Shown in pieces: positions 37,948 through 48,298 of a DNA stretch of 64,000 nt; the first letter of the stretch is position 1; each line of letters starts with the position of its first letter. Origin of the DNA: a bacterium (GTDB lineage Bacteria > Bdellovibrionota_C > UBA2361 > CALJRW01). Made by a program: the position numbers and the translations under genes. The notes under the pieces were generated by a model, which ran no database searches, was not told the origin of the DNA, and saw nothing but the letters and a program-made list of their open reading frames with translations. Location: positions 1 through 64,000 of the forward strand of contig JANNBC010000009.1 in assembly GCA_031385045.1 (NCBI GenBank), in the 5' to 3' direction.

Positions 37948-39204
37948 ATGCAAATTATACAAGATCTTCAAAACCGTGGATTAATTCAGGATATATCCCT
38001 TCCTGAGCTGGATCAAAAACTTCAAATTGGCAATAAATTCTATGCTGGATTTGATCCTACCGCGCCTAGTCTCCATTTAGGCAATTTTGTCATAATTATG
38101 ACAATGTTACGCCTGACTAAGGCGGGACTGAAGCCAATTATGTTATTTGGAGGTGCCACAGGACAAGTTGGAGACCCTTCGGGAAAGGCCTCGGAAAGAC
38201 CCATTCTGGACTTAAATGAGATTAATAATAACGTCTTGGAGCAAAAAAATCAGGTCAATCAAATCTTCCTTCGCCTTGGTTTTGAGGTCGAGTTTGTTGA
38301 TAATGCTGACTGGACAACACCAATTAGTTTTACCACATTTCTAAGAGAAGTTGGTAAATACCTGACAATTAATTACATGCTAGCTAAAGAGTCAGTCAAA
38401 CGGCGTGTCGAAGGAGATGGTATGTCTTTTGCTGAATTTAGCTACATGCTAATTCAAGCTAATGACTTTTTGCACCTCTACCAAACTAAGGGTGTCGTGA
38501 TGCAAATCGGAGGCTCCGATCAGTGGGGTAATTTAACTTGTGGAATGGAATTAGTTCGTAAGAAGCTTCATCAAGATGTCTACACTTTTTCAGTCCCACT
38601 ACTTACTGATTCTAATGGTAAAAAGTTTGGTAAATCAGAGAAAGGAGCTCTTTGGCTTGACCCTGAAAAAACATCCCCTTTTGCTCTACATCAATTTCTA
38701 CTTAACTCGGCAGATGCTGATGTCATTAATCTAATTCAGAAACTTACATTTGCTGATGGTCCCCAAATAACTAACCTTCAAAATAGTTTAAGTACTGAGC
38801 CAGAAAAAAGAATCGCCCAAACATTTCTGGCTGATGAGGTTTGTGCATTAATCCACGGACAAGAATCCGTGGAATCAGCAAAGATCGCTGCTAAAGTTCT
38901 TTTTGGAGGAGACCCAACAGGACTTCCAGTAAAACAATTACTAGAAATATTTAGTGAAGTCCCATCACACTCGATTGCCAAATCAGAATTACTTGATACA
39001 AAATTTCTAGATTTGCTTGTGACAGTAGAAGCTTGCACCTCCAAGGGTCAAGCACGCAAGCTAATCGAAAGTGGTGGTGCCTACTTAAATAATCAAAGGA
39101 TTACAGATATAGATCTAAAGATTACCTTAACTAGTTTGATTGAAGGTCAATTATTAATTCTGCGAACAGGCAAGAAATCTTATTTCTTAGTTAACGTAAT
39201 TTAA
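37948..39204 (+). CDS. tyrS: Tyrosine--tRNA ligase
   Basis: GFDPTAPSLHLGN, QIGGSDQWGN, KFGKS, C-terminal S4-like domain. Confidence 0.97.
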   Translation: MQIIQDLQNRGLIQDISLPELDQKLQIGNKFYAGFDPTAPSLHLGNFVIIMTMLRLTKAGLKPIMLFGGATGQVGDPSGKASERPILDLNEINNNVLEQKNQVNQIFLRLGFEVEFVDNADWTTPISFTTFLREVGKYLTINYMLAKESVKRRVEGDGMSFAEFSYMLIQANDFLHLYQTKGVVMQIGGSDQWGNLTCGMELVRKKLHQDVYTFSVPLLTDSNGKKFGKSEKGALWLDPEKTSPFALHQFLLNSADADVINLIQKLTFADGPQITNLQNSLSTEPEKRIAQTFLADEVCALIHGQESVESAKIAAKVLFGGDPTGLPVKQLLEIFSEVPSHSIAKSELLDTKFLDLLVTVEACTSKGQARKLIESGGAYLNNQRITDIDLKITLTSLIEGQLLILRTGKKSYFLVNVI

Positions 39205-39213
39205 GGAGTTCTA

Positions 39214-39672
39214 TTGAATTTTAGTAGTGGTCAAAAAGTACTCGTTAAATCCTTGAAAAAACCTGGGATTTTTTTATCTTTACTAAATACAAAATCGGCC
39301 TTGATTAGCCTCGGTAAGTTAGAATTAAAAATTCCCTTAAGCGATCTAGAAATTATTACTTCCCCTATAAAGACAAAAAAAGAATCAGCTGTTGCTAAAA
39401 AATTTAAACCCCAGAAAAAACTTCCCGGAGCCGCTTATAAAAAATCTCTTAAAATTGACTATCATGGTTTTACAAAAGCAAACTGTCTAGCTGATTTCGA
39501 ACAACGTCTAAACCAAGCTTACTTAGATCAAGTCAAAGAAATTGTTGTTGTTCATGGCCGTGGTCAAGGAGTCTTAAAACAAGCTTTAATTGCATATCTT
39601 CAAAAGATTAATCTTAAACTTAGCTTTCGTAGTAGTGCAATTAATGAGAATGAGCTTATAGTTAATTTATGA
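39214..39672 (+). CDS. Stand-alone KOW + Smr domain protein (MutS2 C-terminus-like)
   Basis: IDYHG and VVHGRGQGVLK Smr motifs; N-terminal GQKVLVKSL KOW-like segment. Confidence 0.85.
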   Translation: MNFSSGQKVLVKSLKKPGIFLSLLNTKSALISLGKLELKIPLSDLEIITSPIKTKKESAVAKKFKPQKKLPGAAYKKSLKIDYHGFTKANCLADFEQRLNQAYLDQVKEIVVVHGRGQGVLKQALIAYLQKINLKLSFRSSAINENELIVNL

Positions 39673-40178
39673 AGATAGTATTACTAATTTTCTTAATCAT
39701 TTTTAATAATATAATATTTGCAGAACCACCTACTCGTTCTCCCAATCCTGGCTGGAGCGAAATGCAGGTACAAGAAACAACAAGACCGACAGTCTTAACC
39801 CAAGTATTACTTTGGGTCCCAAATCGAATCGCTGATCTTGTGGATATTATTCGTGTCGATGTCGGCGCTGGCCCTTCAGTTGGTGCTGTTGTGCGGCTTA
39901 GTGAAAACTTTCAATTTGGATATCGCGTCATGCACCCAATGTCTGTTCGAGTTGGAGCATTTGGCCGAAACTATCCTTGGCTAATTGAAACCTCTGATGA
40001 AATGGGTGTAACTCCCCGCTTCCAAGAATCTTTACAAAGAAAAGTTTGCGGATCGGAAATTGGAGTTGGCGCTGATTTACTAATCGTTGGTGGATATGGT
40101 GGAATTTGCCTGCAAGAAATCGCTGATTTCTTTGCCGGCGTCTTCTTTATGGACTTAAATGATGATGATTGGCAATAA
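39669..40178 (+). CDS. Hypothetical exported protein
   Basis: Signal-peptide-like N-terminus; 169 aa; ATGA overlap with the upstream gene. Confidence 0.7.
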   Translation: MKIVLLIFLIIFNNIIFAEPPTRSPNPGWSEMQVQETTRPTVLTQVLLWVPNRIADLVDIIRVDVGAGPSVGAVVRLSENFQFGYRVMHPMSVRVGAFGRNYPWLIETSDEMGVTPRFQESLQRKVCGSEIGVGADLLIVGGYGGICLQEIADFFAGVFFMDLNDDDWQ

Positions 40179-40182
40179 ATAA

Positions 40183-40986
40183 TTAATCGATAGTACGCAA
40201 CGCTTTAATCTCGTTAATTTTATCCATTGTTAATTCTTTGATTGATTCAATAATCATTTTTGGCTCGTAGGCATACTTCGCTAAATGTTTACGTTGCGAG
40301 ACGCCAGTCAGTGTCATGATTGTATAATAGCCCATTTGCGTTCCTCCTAGAATATCCGTAACCATTGTATCTCCAATAATTACTGTTTCCGCAGTTCGTG
40401 TTCCCAAGTAGTTTCTAGCTTGGCGCATCATTACAGGACTTGGCTTACCTACACTAAACGCTTTAACGCCGGTCGCTTCTTCCAGCATGGCAACTGTGGC
40501 TTTAATGCCGGGCTTAGTCCAGCCAACAATTTTTGGTGAGGGATCCAAATTAGTTGCAACTAATTTAGCACCCTCTAAGATCATATCAATTGCACTACTA
40601 ATCCGATCCATTGTAAAACTAACACCCTCACCAACGACAACATAATCCGGATTTTTATCAACAATTGAAAAGCCATTTTGATAAAGACTTTGAATCAAAC
40701 CACCTTCACCAATAACATAAGCTGTGCCATTTGGTTTTTGTTGCGCTAAAAATTGGCCTGTGGCCATGGCACTTGTAAAGATATTATGCTCAGCAACAAA
40801 GATTTCCATCTTCTGAAGTTTTAGGACAACCTCTCGCTGAGTGCGTTGACTATTATTTGTAAAGAACAGAAATGGAATATCATTATCCTGCAAAGTCTTA
40901 ATGAACTCGTTTGTTCCAGGGATCCGCTGAGCACCACTATAGATCACACCATCCATATCAATTAGAAATCCGATCTTATCAATCAT
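40183..40986 (-). CDS. HAD-IIA hydrolase (NagD-like)
   Basis: DMDGVIY, TNNS, GKPS, IGDTMVTDI. Confidence 0.9.
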   Translation of the reverse strand: MIDKIGFLIDMDGVIYSGAQRIPGTNEFIKTLQDNDIPFLFFTNNSQRTQREVVLKLQKMEIFVAEHNIFTSAMATGQFLAQQKPNGTAYVIGEGGLIQSLYQNGFSIVDKNPDYVVVGEGVSFTMDRISSAIDMILEGAKLVATNLDPSPKIVGWTKPGIKATVAMLEEATGVKAFSVGKPSPVMMRQARNYLGTRTAETVIIGDTMVTDILGGTQMGYYTIMTLTGVSQRKHLAKYAYEPKMIIESIKELTMDKINEIKALRTID

Positions 40987-41273
40987 TGTATTTTACTTTT
41001 TTGAAATTTTAGAGAGAAACTGTAGCAAGTTAAAAAACTATTGCGACAAAACACTTAAGAGGGATAATTGATTAGCAAAAACCAAGACAGACAATTAAAA
41101 ACCCTATGCTAATACTTATAGCATAAGTTTTTTATAGAGATAAATAGTTGTTTGATTTTTTTCTGTTTTATTTTGCTATTTTAAGAAATTGACTAAGGGT
41201 CTATAGTTAATCAAGAATCAAAGATATGGCTGATGTCTAGCGCCAGTTAATTTACTACCAAATAATAAAGACA

Positions 41274-42557
41274 ATGACTAAGAAAACTAAATACTCCATC
41301 CCCACTCAATTGATATATGGCAAATATTCCACTGAAAAATGGAACTTTGCAAGTCATATAGTTCCGCCGATGACTCTGAGCAGTTCCTTTCGTCTTCAAT
41401 CAGCAGAACGTGGAGCAGAAGCATTCTCCCACTTTGGACAATTAGACCAACCGGAAGCGCAATATTTCTATGAGCGAATGGGCGAACCAAATAAGGATAT
41501 GCTAGAGGAGACCTTGGCCATTGCGGAAGGCGGAGAATGTTGTTTAACATTTGGAAGTGGTATGGGGGCGATTTCTGCGGCAACAGGCTTTGCTCTTAAT
41601 GAATCTGCTAGTGAAATTATCTCCCATAAAACAATCTATGGTTGTAGCTTTTCTCTATTCACTAATTGGTATCGAAAAATTGGATTGAAAGTTAATTTCT
41701 GTGATTTAAAAGATCCTGAGTCCTTTCTACCTTTTGTGACTGAACGGACTCGTATTCTATATTTAGAAGCTCCAGCCAACCCAACTCTCGATCTTTTAGA
41801 TCTCGATGCCATCTCAAAGTTAGTTGCAGAGCTTAATAAAACGCGCAACACCGAAAACAAAATTATCACCGTAATGGACAATACCTTTGCAACCCCTTGG
41901 GGACAACGCCCGATGGAACATGGGATTGATGTAGTGGCTCACAGCATGACCAAAAACCTTTCTGGATTTGGAGCCTGCTTAGGCGGTGCTGTAATTACCA
42001 AGAAAGAACACTTTGCTAACCTTTCCCTCTACCGTAAAGATTATGGTGGAAACTTATCCCCGCAAACTGCTTGGCAAATTTTGGTTTATGGAATTCCAAG
42101 TTTAGGAATTAGAATTAATAAACAAACTGATAACGCTAAAATAGTTGCAAAATTTCTAGAAGAACACCCAAAAGTTGAAAAAGTGTACTACCCCGGCCTA
42201 GAATCTTTTCCACAGTATGAATTAGCTCAGCGAATGCTTAAAGATTATAATGGCAAGTTTATGCCAGGAACATTAATCTTCTTTCATCTGAAAGGAAAAG
42301 ATTTAGATTCGGCAAGGGATGCGGGAAGAAAACTAATGAATAGTCTGGCTGATAATGCTTATTGCTTAACTCTAGCAGTTAGTCTTGGACAATTAAAAAC
42401 TTTAATTGAACATCCAGGATCAATGACTCATTCCGCTTATAGCTCAGAGCAACAGCTTGAAGTTGGAATCCACCCAGGAGGGATTAGACTTTCCTTAGGT
42501 ATTGAAGAAGTGGAAGATATTATTAGAGATCTTACTGCCGCACTCGATACTTTATAA
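41274..42557 (+). CDS. Methionine gamma-lyase / trans-sulfuration PLP enzyme
   Basis: FGSGMGAI, EAPANP, DNTFATP, HSMTK, AVSLG, RLSLGIE. Confidence 0.88.
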   Translation: MTKKTKYSIPTQLIYGKYSTEKWNFASHIVPPMTLSSSFRLQSAERGAEAFSHFGQLDQPEAQYFYERMGEPNKDMLEETLAIAEGGECCLTFGSGMGAISAATGFALNESASEIISHKTIYGCSFSLFTNWYRKIGLKVNFCDLKDPESFLPFVTERTRILYLEAPANPTLDLLDLDAISKLVAELNKTRNTENKIITVMDNTFATPWGQRPMEHGIDVVAHSMTKNLSGFGACLGGAVITKKEHFANLSLYRKDYGGNLSPQTAWQILVYGIPSLGIRINKQTDNAKIVAKFLEEHPKVEKVYYPGLESFPQYELAQRMLKDYNGKFMPGTLIFFHLKGKDLDSARDAGRKLMNSLADNAYCLTLAVSLGQLKTLIEHPGSMTHSAYSSEQQLEVGIHPGGIRLSLGIEEVEDIIRDLTAALDTL

Positions 42558-42574
42558 GATTATTTTTCTAAAAA

Positions 42575-43087
42575 ATGAATTTTCAAGTAAATAAAAATTT
42601 ATATATAATTACAGGTGCTCCGGCCTCTGGCAAAACAACCTTTGGTTATAAATTAGCCACTGAAATCAATGCCTGCTTTTTAGATAGTGATCAAGTAACA
42701 GAGGGCTTGATTCAAGCAAGCCTAACTGCGATGAATAGAGATCCAGGAGATCGCGATAGTGATTTTTATAAACAGACTTTTAGAGATGTGGTTTACGAAA
42801 CTCTTTTAACATTAGCTGAGATTAATATCAGAAATGTTCCTGTAGTGATCGCTGCCCCATTTACCAAGGAAATTCAAAGCTTGAACTGAAAGGAGGAGTT
42901 AGGATTACGTTTCAAGTCCGAGATTTCGATCTATTATTTATCTTGCTCAGCAGAGAAAAGACTCAAAAGAATTAAAGAAAGAGGAGCTAAACGAGATCAA
43001 GCGAAGCTAGAGAATTGGGAACAATCTCGAGCATATTATGGACTTGAGAAAGAGCCAGTCTTTGATTTTATTTTGATTGAAACCTAG
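42575..43087 (+). pseudogene. P-loop (AAA_33-like) kinase interrupted by in-frame TGA
   Basis: GAPASGKTT Walker A; the frame stays open after TGA (42887-42889) through RLKRIKERGAKRDQAKLENW to TAG at 43087. Confidence 0.8.
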
Positions 43088-43195
43088 TTTGCCTAGGAAT
43101 ATTTGTGGTGCTACACGAAGTGTAGCACCAGTTTTAACTTTATCTGAGAATCCGCCTACGCTTAAGCTACGGCGAGATAGTTTCGCTAGGCGAAA

Positions 43196-45292
43196 CTACA
43201 TTCCCATATCAGCCATTGCTTCACGTCGAGAAAGTTTGATCTTTCCGTTAGAGTCTACATTTAGAACTTTAACTGGAACTTGATCACCTTTAGCTAATAC
43301 GTCATTAACATCTTCTGTTCGCTCATCAGAGATTTCAGAAACGTGTAACAATCCATCCGTTCCTGGAAGAATTTCTACAAACGCACCGAAAGACTCAATT
43401 CGCTTAACAATCCCTTGATAAATCTTACCAATTTCAGCTTCTGCTGTGTGTGCCTTAATAACTTTTAAACCAGCAGACATTTGCTCAGCATTAGAACCTG
43501 AAACAGTAACTGTTCCATCATCTTGAATGTCGATATTGATCTTGTAGACATCAGTAATTGATTTGATAGTTTTACCACCAGAACCAATCAAGTCGCGAAT
43601 CTTACCTGGATTAATCTTAATAACTTCAATTTGTGGAGCTTTAGGATTAATAATGGATCGTGGCTCAGCCATAGCTTCTTTCATCACAGAAAGAATATGA
43701 AGTCTTGCAACTCGAGCTTGCTCTAGCGCTTGAGTCATAATCTCTTTAGAAAGACCAGCAATCTTGATGTCCATTTGAATTGCAGTTACACCAACATCAG
43801 TTCCACAGATTTTAAAATCCATATCACCTAAATGATCTTCATCTCCTAGAATGTCAGTTAAAACTACGAAATCTTCTTCACGCTTTAATAATCCCATCGC
43901 GACCCCTGCTACTGGAGCTTTGATTTTAATACCAGCATCCATCAGTGCCATTGTTCCACCACAAACTGACGCCATAGAACTGGAACCATTTGATTCAGTA
44001 ATATCAGATACAATTCGGATTACGTATGGATTTGATTTATCAGTTGGAACAACTGGAATCAAAGCACGTTCAGCTAAAGCACCATGTCCAACTTCACGTC
44101 GACCCACTCCGCGCATTGGCTTAGCTTCCCCAACGCTATATCCCGGGAAGTTATAATGGAGGCTAAATCTTTTTTGATAATCTTGATGAAGAGTTTCAAT
44201 TCTCTGCATACTGTCGTTACCAACAGCAAGAGTTGCAGTGACAATCCCCTGAGTTTCCCCACGAGTGAACAATGCTGAACCATGAACTCTAGGCAAAAAA
44301 CCAACTTCGATATTAATTGGGCGAACCGTTACGAAATCGCGACCATCAATTCGCACCTTTTTATCAAATGCTAAGCTACGAACTTTTTCGTAAACTTCAT
44401 CTTCAAAAATTGCTTTTACTTCTGTTGTGATTTTTTCTGCATTAGCATCATCAGCCTTAACGATTGCTGCTACACATGATTTTTTAAGAGCAGAAATTGC
44501 TTCTCCCCTAGCATGCTTATGCTCAGTCATGATTGCTGTTTCTAATTTATTGCTAATTTCTGCTTTAACTTTAGCAACCAAAGCAGCATCTTTAGGAGGA
44601 ACAGGAGCAATTACTACTTTTTCCTTACCACACTGCTTAGCAAGATCTAATTGCATATTAATTAATGCCTGCATCTCTTGATGAGCATAAAAAATAGCAT
44701 CTAAAACTTCAGCTTCAGGAACGATCTGAGCACCACCTTCAACCATTAAGATTGCATCGCGAGAACCAGCTACAATAACTTGTAATTCAGCTTTGTTTGA
44801 CAGTTCCATTGATGGGTTAATCATTAACTTACCATTAACACGACAAACTCGAACACCAGCGATTGGGCCATTAAATGGAATATCAGAAACCGTTAAAGCA
44901 GCAGAGGCACCAGTCATTGCTAATACATCAGTTGGAACTTCAGGATCCGCTGATAACACTGTAGCAATTACTTGTAATTCATTAGACATTCCTTCAGGGA
45001 ACATTGGACGACATGGACGATCGATTAACCTAGAAGTTAATACTTCACTATCAGATAACTTACCTTCGCGTTTGAAAAACCCACCAGGAATTTTACCTCC
45101 AGCATAAGCTTTCTCGATGTATTCGATTGTTAATGGCAAGAAATCAAACCCTCTTGATTCTCCCATACAAACAGTTACTAACACGACCGAGTCTCCACAA
45201 GTGACCAAGGCTGTTCCATTTGTTTGCTTGGCGATACGGCCAGTTTCGATTGTAAGAGTTTTTCCATGAAACTCTGTTGTTACGGTATACAT
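43196..45292 (-). CDS. pnp: Polyribonucleotide nucleotidyltransferase
   Basis: GKIPGGFFKREG, SRLIDRPCRP, RREVGHG, SNGSSSMAS, KH and S1 domains. Confidence 0.98.
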   Translation of the reverse strand: MYTVTTEFHGKTLTIETGRIAKQTNGTALVTCGDSVVLVTVCMGESRGFDFLPLTIEYIEKAYAGGKIPGGFFKREGKLSDSEVLTSRLIDRPCRPMFPEGMSNELQVIATVLSADPEVPTDVLAMTGASAALTVSDIPFNGPIAGVRVCRVNGKLMINPSMELSNKAELQVIVAGSRDAILMVEGGAQIVPEAEVLDAIFYAHQEMQALINMQLDLAKQCGKEKVVIAPVPPKDAALVAKVKAEISNKLETAIMTEHKHARGEAISALKKSCVAAIVKADDANAEKITTEVKAIFEDEVYEKVRSLAFDKKVRIDGRDFVTVRPINIEVGFLPRVHGSALFTRGETQGIVTATLAVGNDSMQRIETLHQDYQKRFSLHYNFPGYSVGEAKPMRGVGRREVGHGALAERALIPVVPTDKSNPYVIRIVSDITESNGSSSMASVCGGTMALMDAGIKIKAPVAGVAMGLLKREEDFVVLTDILGDEDHLGDMDFKICGTDVGVTAIQMDIKIAGLSKEIMTQALEQARVARLHILSVMKEAMAEPRSIINPKAPQIEVIKINPGKIRDLIGSGGKTIKSITDVYKINIDIQDDGTVTVSGSNAEQMSAGLKVIKAHTAEAEIGKIYQGIVKRIESFGAFVEILPGTDGLLHVSEISDERTEDVNDVLAKGDQVPVKVLNVDSNGKIKLSRREAMADMGM

Positions 45293-45605
45293 TATAGTTC
45301 TCCTATTTTTTGTTGATATGACTTCGATAGGTCAGGCCCAAGAAAATTATTGGGATATTGAAAACTACTTAATTTTTGACTCGGGTAGCAATTTTGATTT
45401 TTAAGCTTTGACTTAAAAATCAAAATCGCCGGCCGCTATAGACTAAGGAGTTTTGTAACTGACTAATCGAAAAGTCACTAAATTTTATGTTGTTATTGAC
45501 TAGTTGGAAACCCAGTAAATTTGAATTTCCAACTAGCCCGCATTGATTATCTTGATTAATAATAGACCTGAGATCGGTATTATTTTCAAGAAATATTCTC
45601 TGAAA

Positions 45606-45875
45606 CTACTTACGAATTCCTAATTTGCCAATTAAAGCAGTATATCGCTCGTAGCTTTCACCTTTTAAGTAAGCTAACAATCTTTTACGACGAGAAATGA
45701 TTGCCATCATCCCTTTCTTAGAATGGTGATCCTTAGCATTGGAATTAAAATGACCAGTAAGGTTATTAATTCTTTCTGTTAGCATAGCAACTTGTACTTC
45801 AACTGAACCAGTATCAGTTGCATGATGACCATGATCGGCCATTACTTTTTTCTTATCAGAGTTTGTGAAAGACAT
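45606..45875 (-). CDS. rpsO: 30S ribosomal protein S15
   Basis: DTGSVEVQVA, KDHHS, upstream of pnp. Confidence 0.97.
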   Translation of the reverse strand: MSFTNSDKKKVMADHGHHATDTGSVEVQVAMLTERINNLTGHFNSNAKDHHSKKGMMAIISRRKRLLAYLKGESYERYTALIGKLGIRK

Positions 45876-46153
45876 ATTTAGTTTATGTAATTATAATAAA
45901 CACCTGCAACCTAATAAATCGGCAGAGCCAGATTCAAAGCAACAGAGAGGGCAAACTACCAGGAAATACATTTTTTCTATCTAGTTTGGGCAAATTATTA
46001 ACAATTTAAGGCCTTTAAGTCAATAGTTGGGCAAAGGCCTTAAAATAGCGAAGTTCTTCTTTTGCCCCTCTAATCTTACTCCCCGACATCCCTGATACCT
46101 GAAAAACAAATCCCCTTGTCCTAATGCTAATGTCACTCTAAATTTAGCAAACT

Positions 46154-47095
46154 ATGTCCAAAAACTTCCTTAATATCCTAGACCATGATCGCAACATATT
46201 GATTAATCTCATTAATTCTGCGTTGGAGTTTAAACAAAAAACGTCTCAGGGAACTCGTGTGGAACCGAAGTATCAGGGAATGTCGGCCGCCTTAGTGTTT
46301 GAAAAGCCCTCTTTAAGGACAAAAATTACATTTGAGCTGGCCTGTACCTATTTTGGGATTACCCCTATTTTCCTATCTAGTTCCCAGATTCTTGCCAGCG
46401 GTAATAACCAACAAGGTCGAGAGTCAATTCCCGATATTGGTCGAAACCTAGAGAGATTTGTCGATGTGATCATCGCCCGAGTTTATCAACATGAAGGACT
46501 ATTAGAATTATCGGACTCAGTGAAGTGCCCCGTAATTAATGCCCTTTGCGATCGCTATCACCCAACTCAAGCAATCGCCGACTTAACGGCAATCAAATGG
46601 CATAAAAAATCTTTTGATAATTTAAAGGTGACGTTTATTGGAGATGGCAACAATGTCGCAACTTCCCTACTACATTGCTGTGCCCTACTAGGTATTAATT
46701 TTACGATTGCCTCACCACCAGGCTATGAGATTAACTCTAAAGAAAAAAGCTTCGTAGAAACTATCGCGGAAGAGACGGGTTCTAAATTAGCATTTATTAC
46801 AGACCCACAAGAAGCTATAAAAAATTCTGATGTAATTTACACCGATACTTTTACATCTATGGGACAAGAAGCCGAACATCAACTGCGTTTAAAAGCTTTT
46901 GCTAATTATCAAGTTAATCAAAAGTTACTGTCTCTAGCTAAGGTTGATTGTTTATTTATGCACTGCCTACCAGCACACCGTGGTGAAGAAGTTAGTGACG
47001 AAGTGATGGATGGAACGAACTCGATTATTTTTGATCAGGCAGAGTGCAAATTACATGCCGCCAAAGCTGTGATTGATTGGATCTTAAGCAAATAA
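46154..47095 (+). CDS. argF: Ornithine carbamoyltransferase
   Basis: FEKPSLRT, HPTQ, SMG, FMHCLPAHRGEE. Confidence 0.92.
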   Translation: MSKNFLNILDHDRNILINLINSALEFKQKTSQGTRVEPKYQGMSAALVFEKPSLRTKITFELACTYFGITPIFLSSSQILASGNNQQGRESIPDIGRNLERFVDVIIARVYQHEGLLELSDSVKCPVINALCDRYHPTQAIADLTAIKWHKKSFDNLKVTFIGDGNNVATSLLHCCALLGINFTIASPPGYEINSKEKSFVETIAEETGSKLAFITDPQEAIKNSDVIYTDTFTSMGQEAEHQLRLKAFANYQVNQKLLSLAKVDCLFMHCLPAHRGEEVSDEVMDGTNSIIFDQAECKLHAAKAVIDWILSK

Positions 47096-47103
47096 TTTAG
47101 CAC

Positions 47104-48288
47104 ATGAAAAATATTTATGACGTAATTGTAGTTGGCCTTGGGGCAGTAGGAAGTTTCACAATATTTCAACTCTCAAAAAGCAACAAGAAAATCTTAGGAT
47201 TAGATCAATACTCACCTCCACATACTTTAGGCTCTAGCCATGGAGAAACGCGGATCACAAGACAAGCTATTGGCGAAGGCGCAAGTTATATTCCAATAGT
47301 CCTCAGATCAAATGAAATCTGGGCAGAACTAGAAAAATTAGCTGGGGCAAATTTGTATAAACCTTGTGGTGGATTAATCTACGGTTCCCTAGATAGTAAA
47401 GTTATCAATCATGGTTGTTCCGATTTTATGAACAATACAATTTCACTTGCAAAGGAATTTAACATTGAACATAAGCTTTTTAATTCCAGAGAACTGAAAG
47501 ATAATTTCCCTCAATTTGAGTTTTCCCCTGAAGAAATAGGCTATTATGAACCAAAAGCTGGATATTTGATCCCAGAAAAGTGTATCCAAATTCAGCTCGA
47601 ACTTGCAAAACAAAATGGCAGTGTCATCTTACCAAATACGCCTATTAAATCATTTGAAACGAAAAATGGTTTAGTAATATTAGAAACCGATAATGAAGAG
47701 TTTTATGCCGAGCAAGTAATTATCTGTTCGGGAAATTGGATGTCTTCCTTGCTTAAAATGCAAACAGCTAATATTTTTCAAGTTACTCGGCAAATCCTCT
47801 ATTGGTTTGAAGGTAAATTACCAATAAATAATTACTACGAAGATAAAATGCCAATTTTTATCAAGATTGGTAACCAATTAGAAGATTCTTTTTATGGATT
47901 TCCCGCTGTTCAAGGGATGACACCAGGAATAAAATTGGCAACAGAGCAAAGTATATCTTCAAAAACCCCAGAAGAAGTTGATCTAGTCGTGTCGGCAGAT
48001 GAGATCAATAAATTCTATGAATCATTTAACAAATCTATTAAAATTAAGAATAATTGTATTAAATCACATGTCTGTTGTTATACAACGACTCCAGACTCTG
48101 GGTTTGTGATCGATTACCTTCCAAATCAACCGCAAGTTCTAATAGCTTCTTGCTGTTCGGGGCATGGATTTAAACATTCAGCAGCAATCGGAGAGATTCT
48201 TGCGGAAATTTCTCTTTTAGGAAAAAGTAAAATTTCTATAAAGGACTTTAGCTTAAGCAGATTTAACAATTTTACGAATAGCAATTAA
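47104..48288 (+). CDS. solA: N-methyl-L-tryptophan / monomeric sarcosine oxidase family
   Basis: VVGLGAVGS, GSSHGETRITR, CSGHGFKH. Confidence 0.88.
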   Translation: MKNIYDVIVVGLGAVGSFTIFQLSKSNKKILGLDQYSPPHTLGSSHGETRITRQAIGEGASYIPIVLRSNEIWAELEKLAGANLYKPCGGLIYGSLDSKVINHGCSDFMNNTISLAKEFNIEHKLFNSRELKDNFPQFEFSPEEIGYYEPKAGYLIPEKCIQIQLELAKQNGSVILPNTPIKSFETKNGLVILETDNEEFYAEQVIICSGNWMSSLLKMQTANIFQVTRQILYWFEGKLPINNYYEDKMPIFIKIGNQLEDSFYGFPAVQGMTPGIKLATEQSISSKTPEEVDLVVSADEINKFYESFNKSIKIKNNCIKSHVCCYTTTPDSGFVIDYLPNQPQVLIASCCSGHGFKHSAAIGEILAEISLLGKSKISIKDFSLSRFNNFTNSN

Positions 48289-48298
48289 AAAAGTAATT

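Noticed and set aside
42887..42889. TGA recoding (Trp/Gly/Sec genetic code)
   Set aside because: TGA terminates other genes normally and long genes have no internal TGA; no Sec context.
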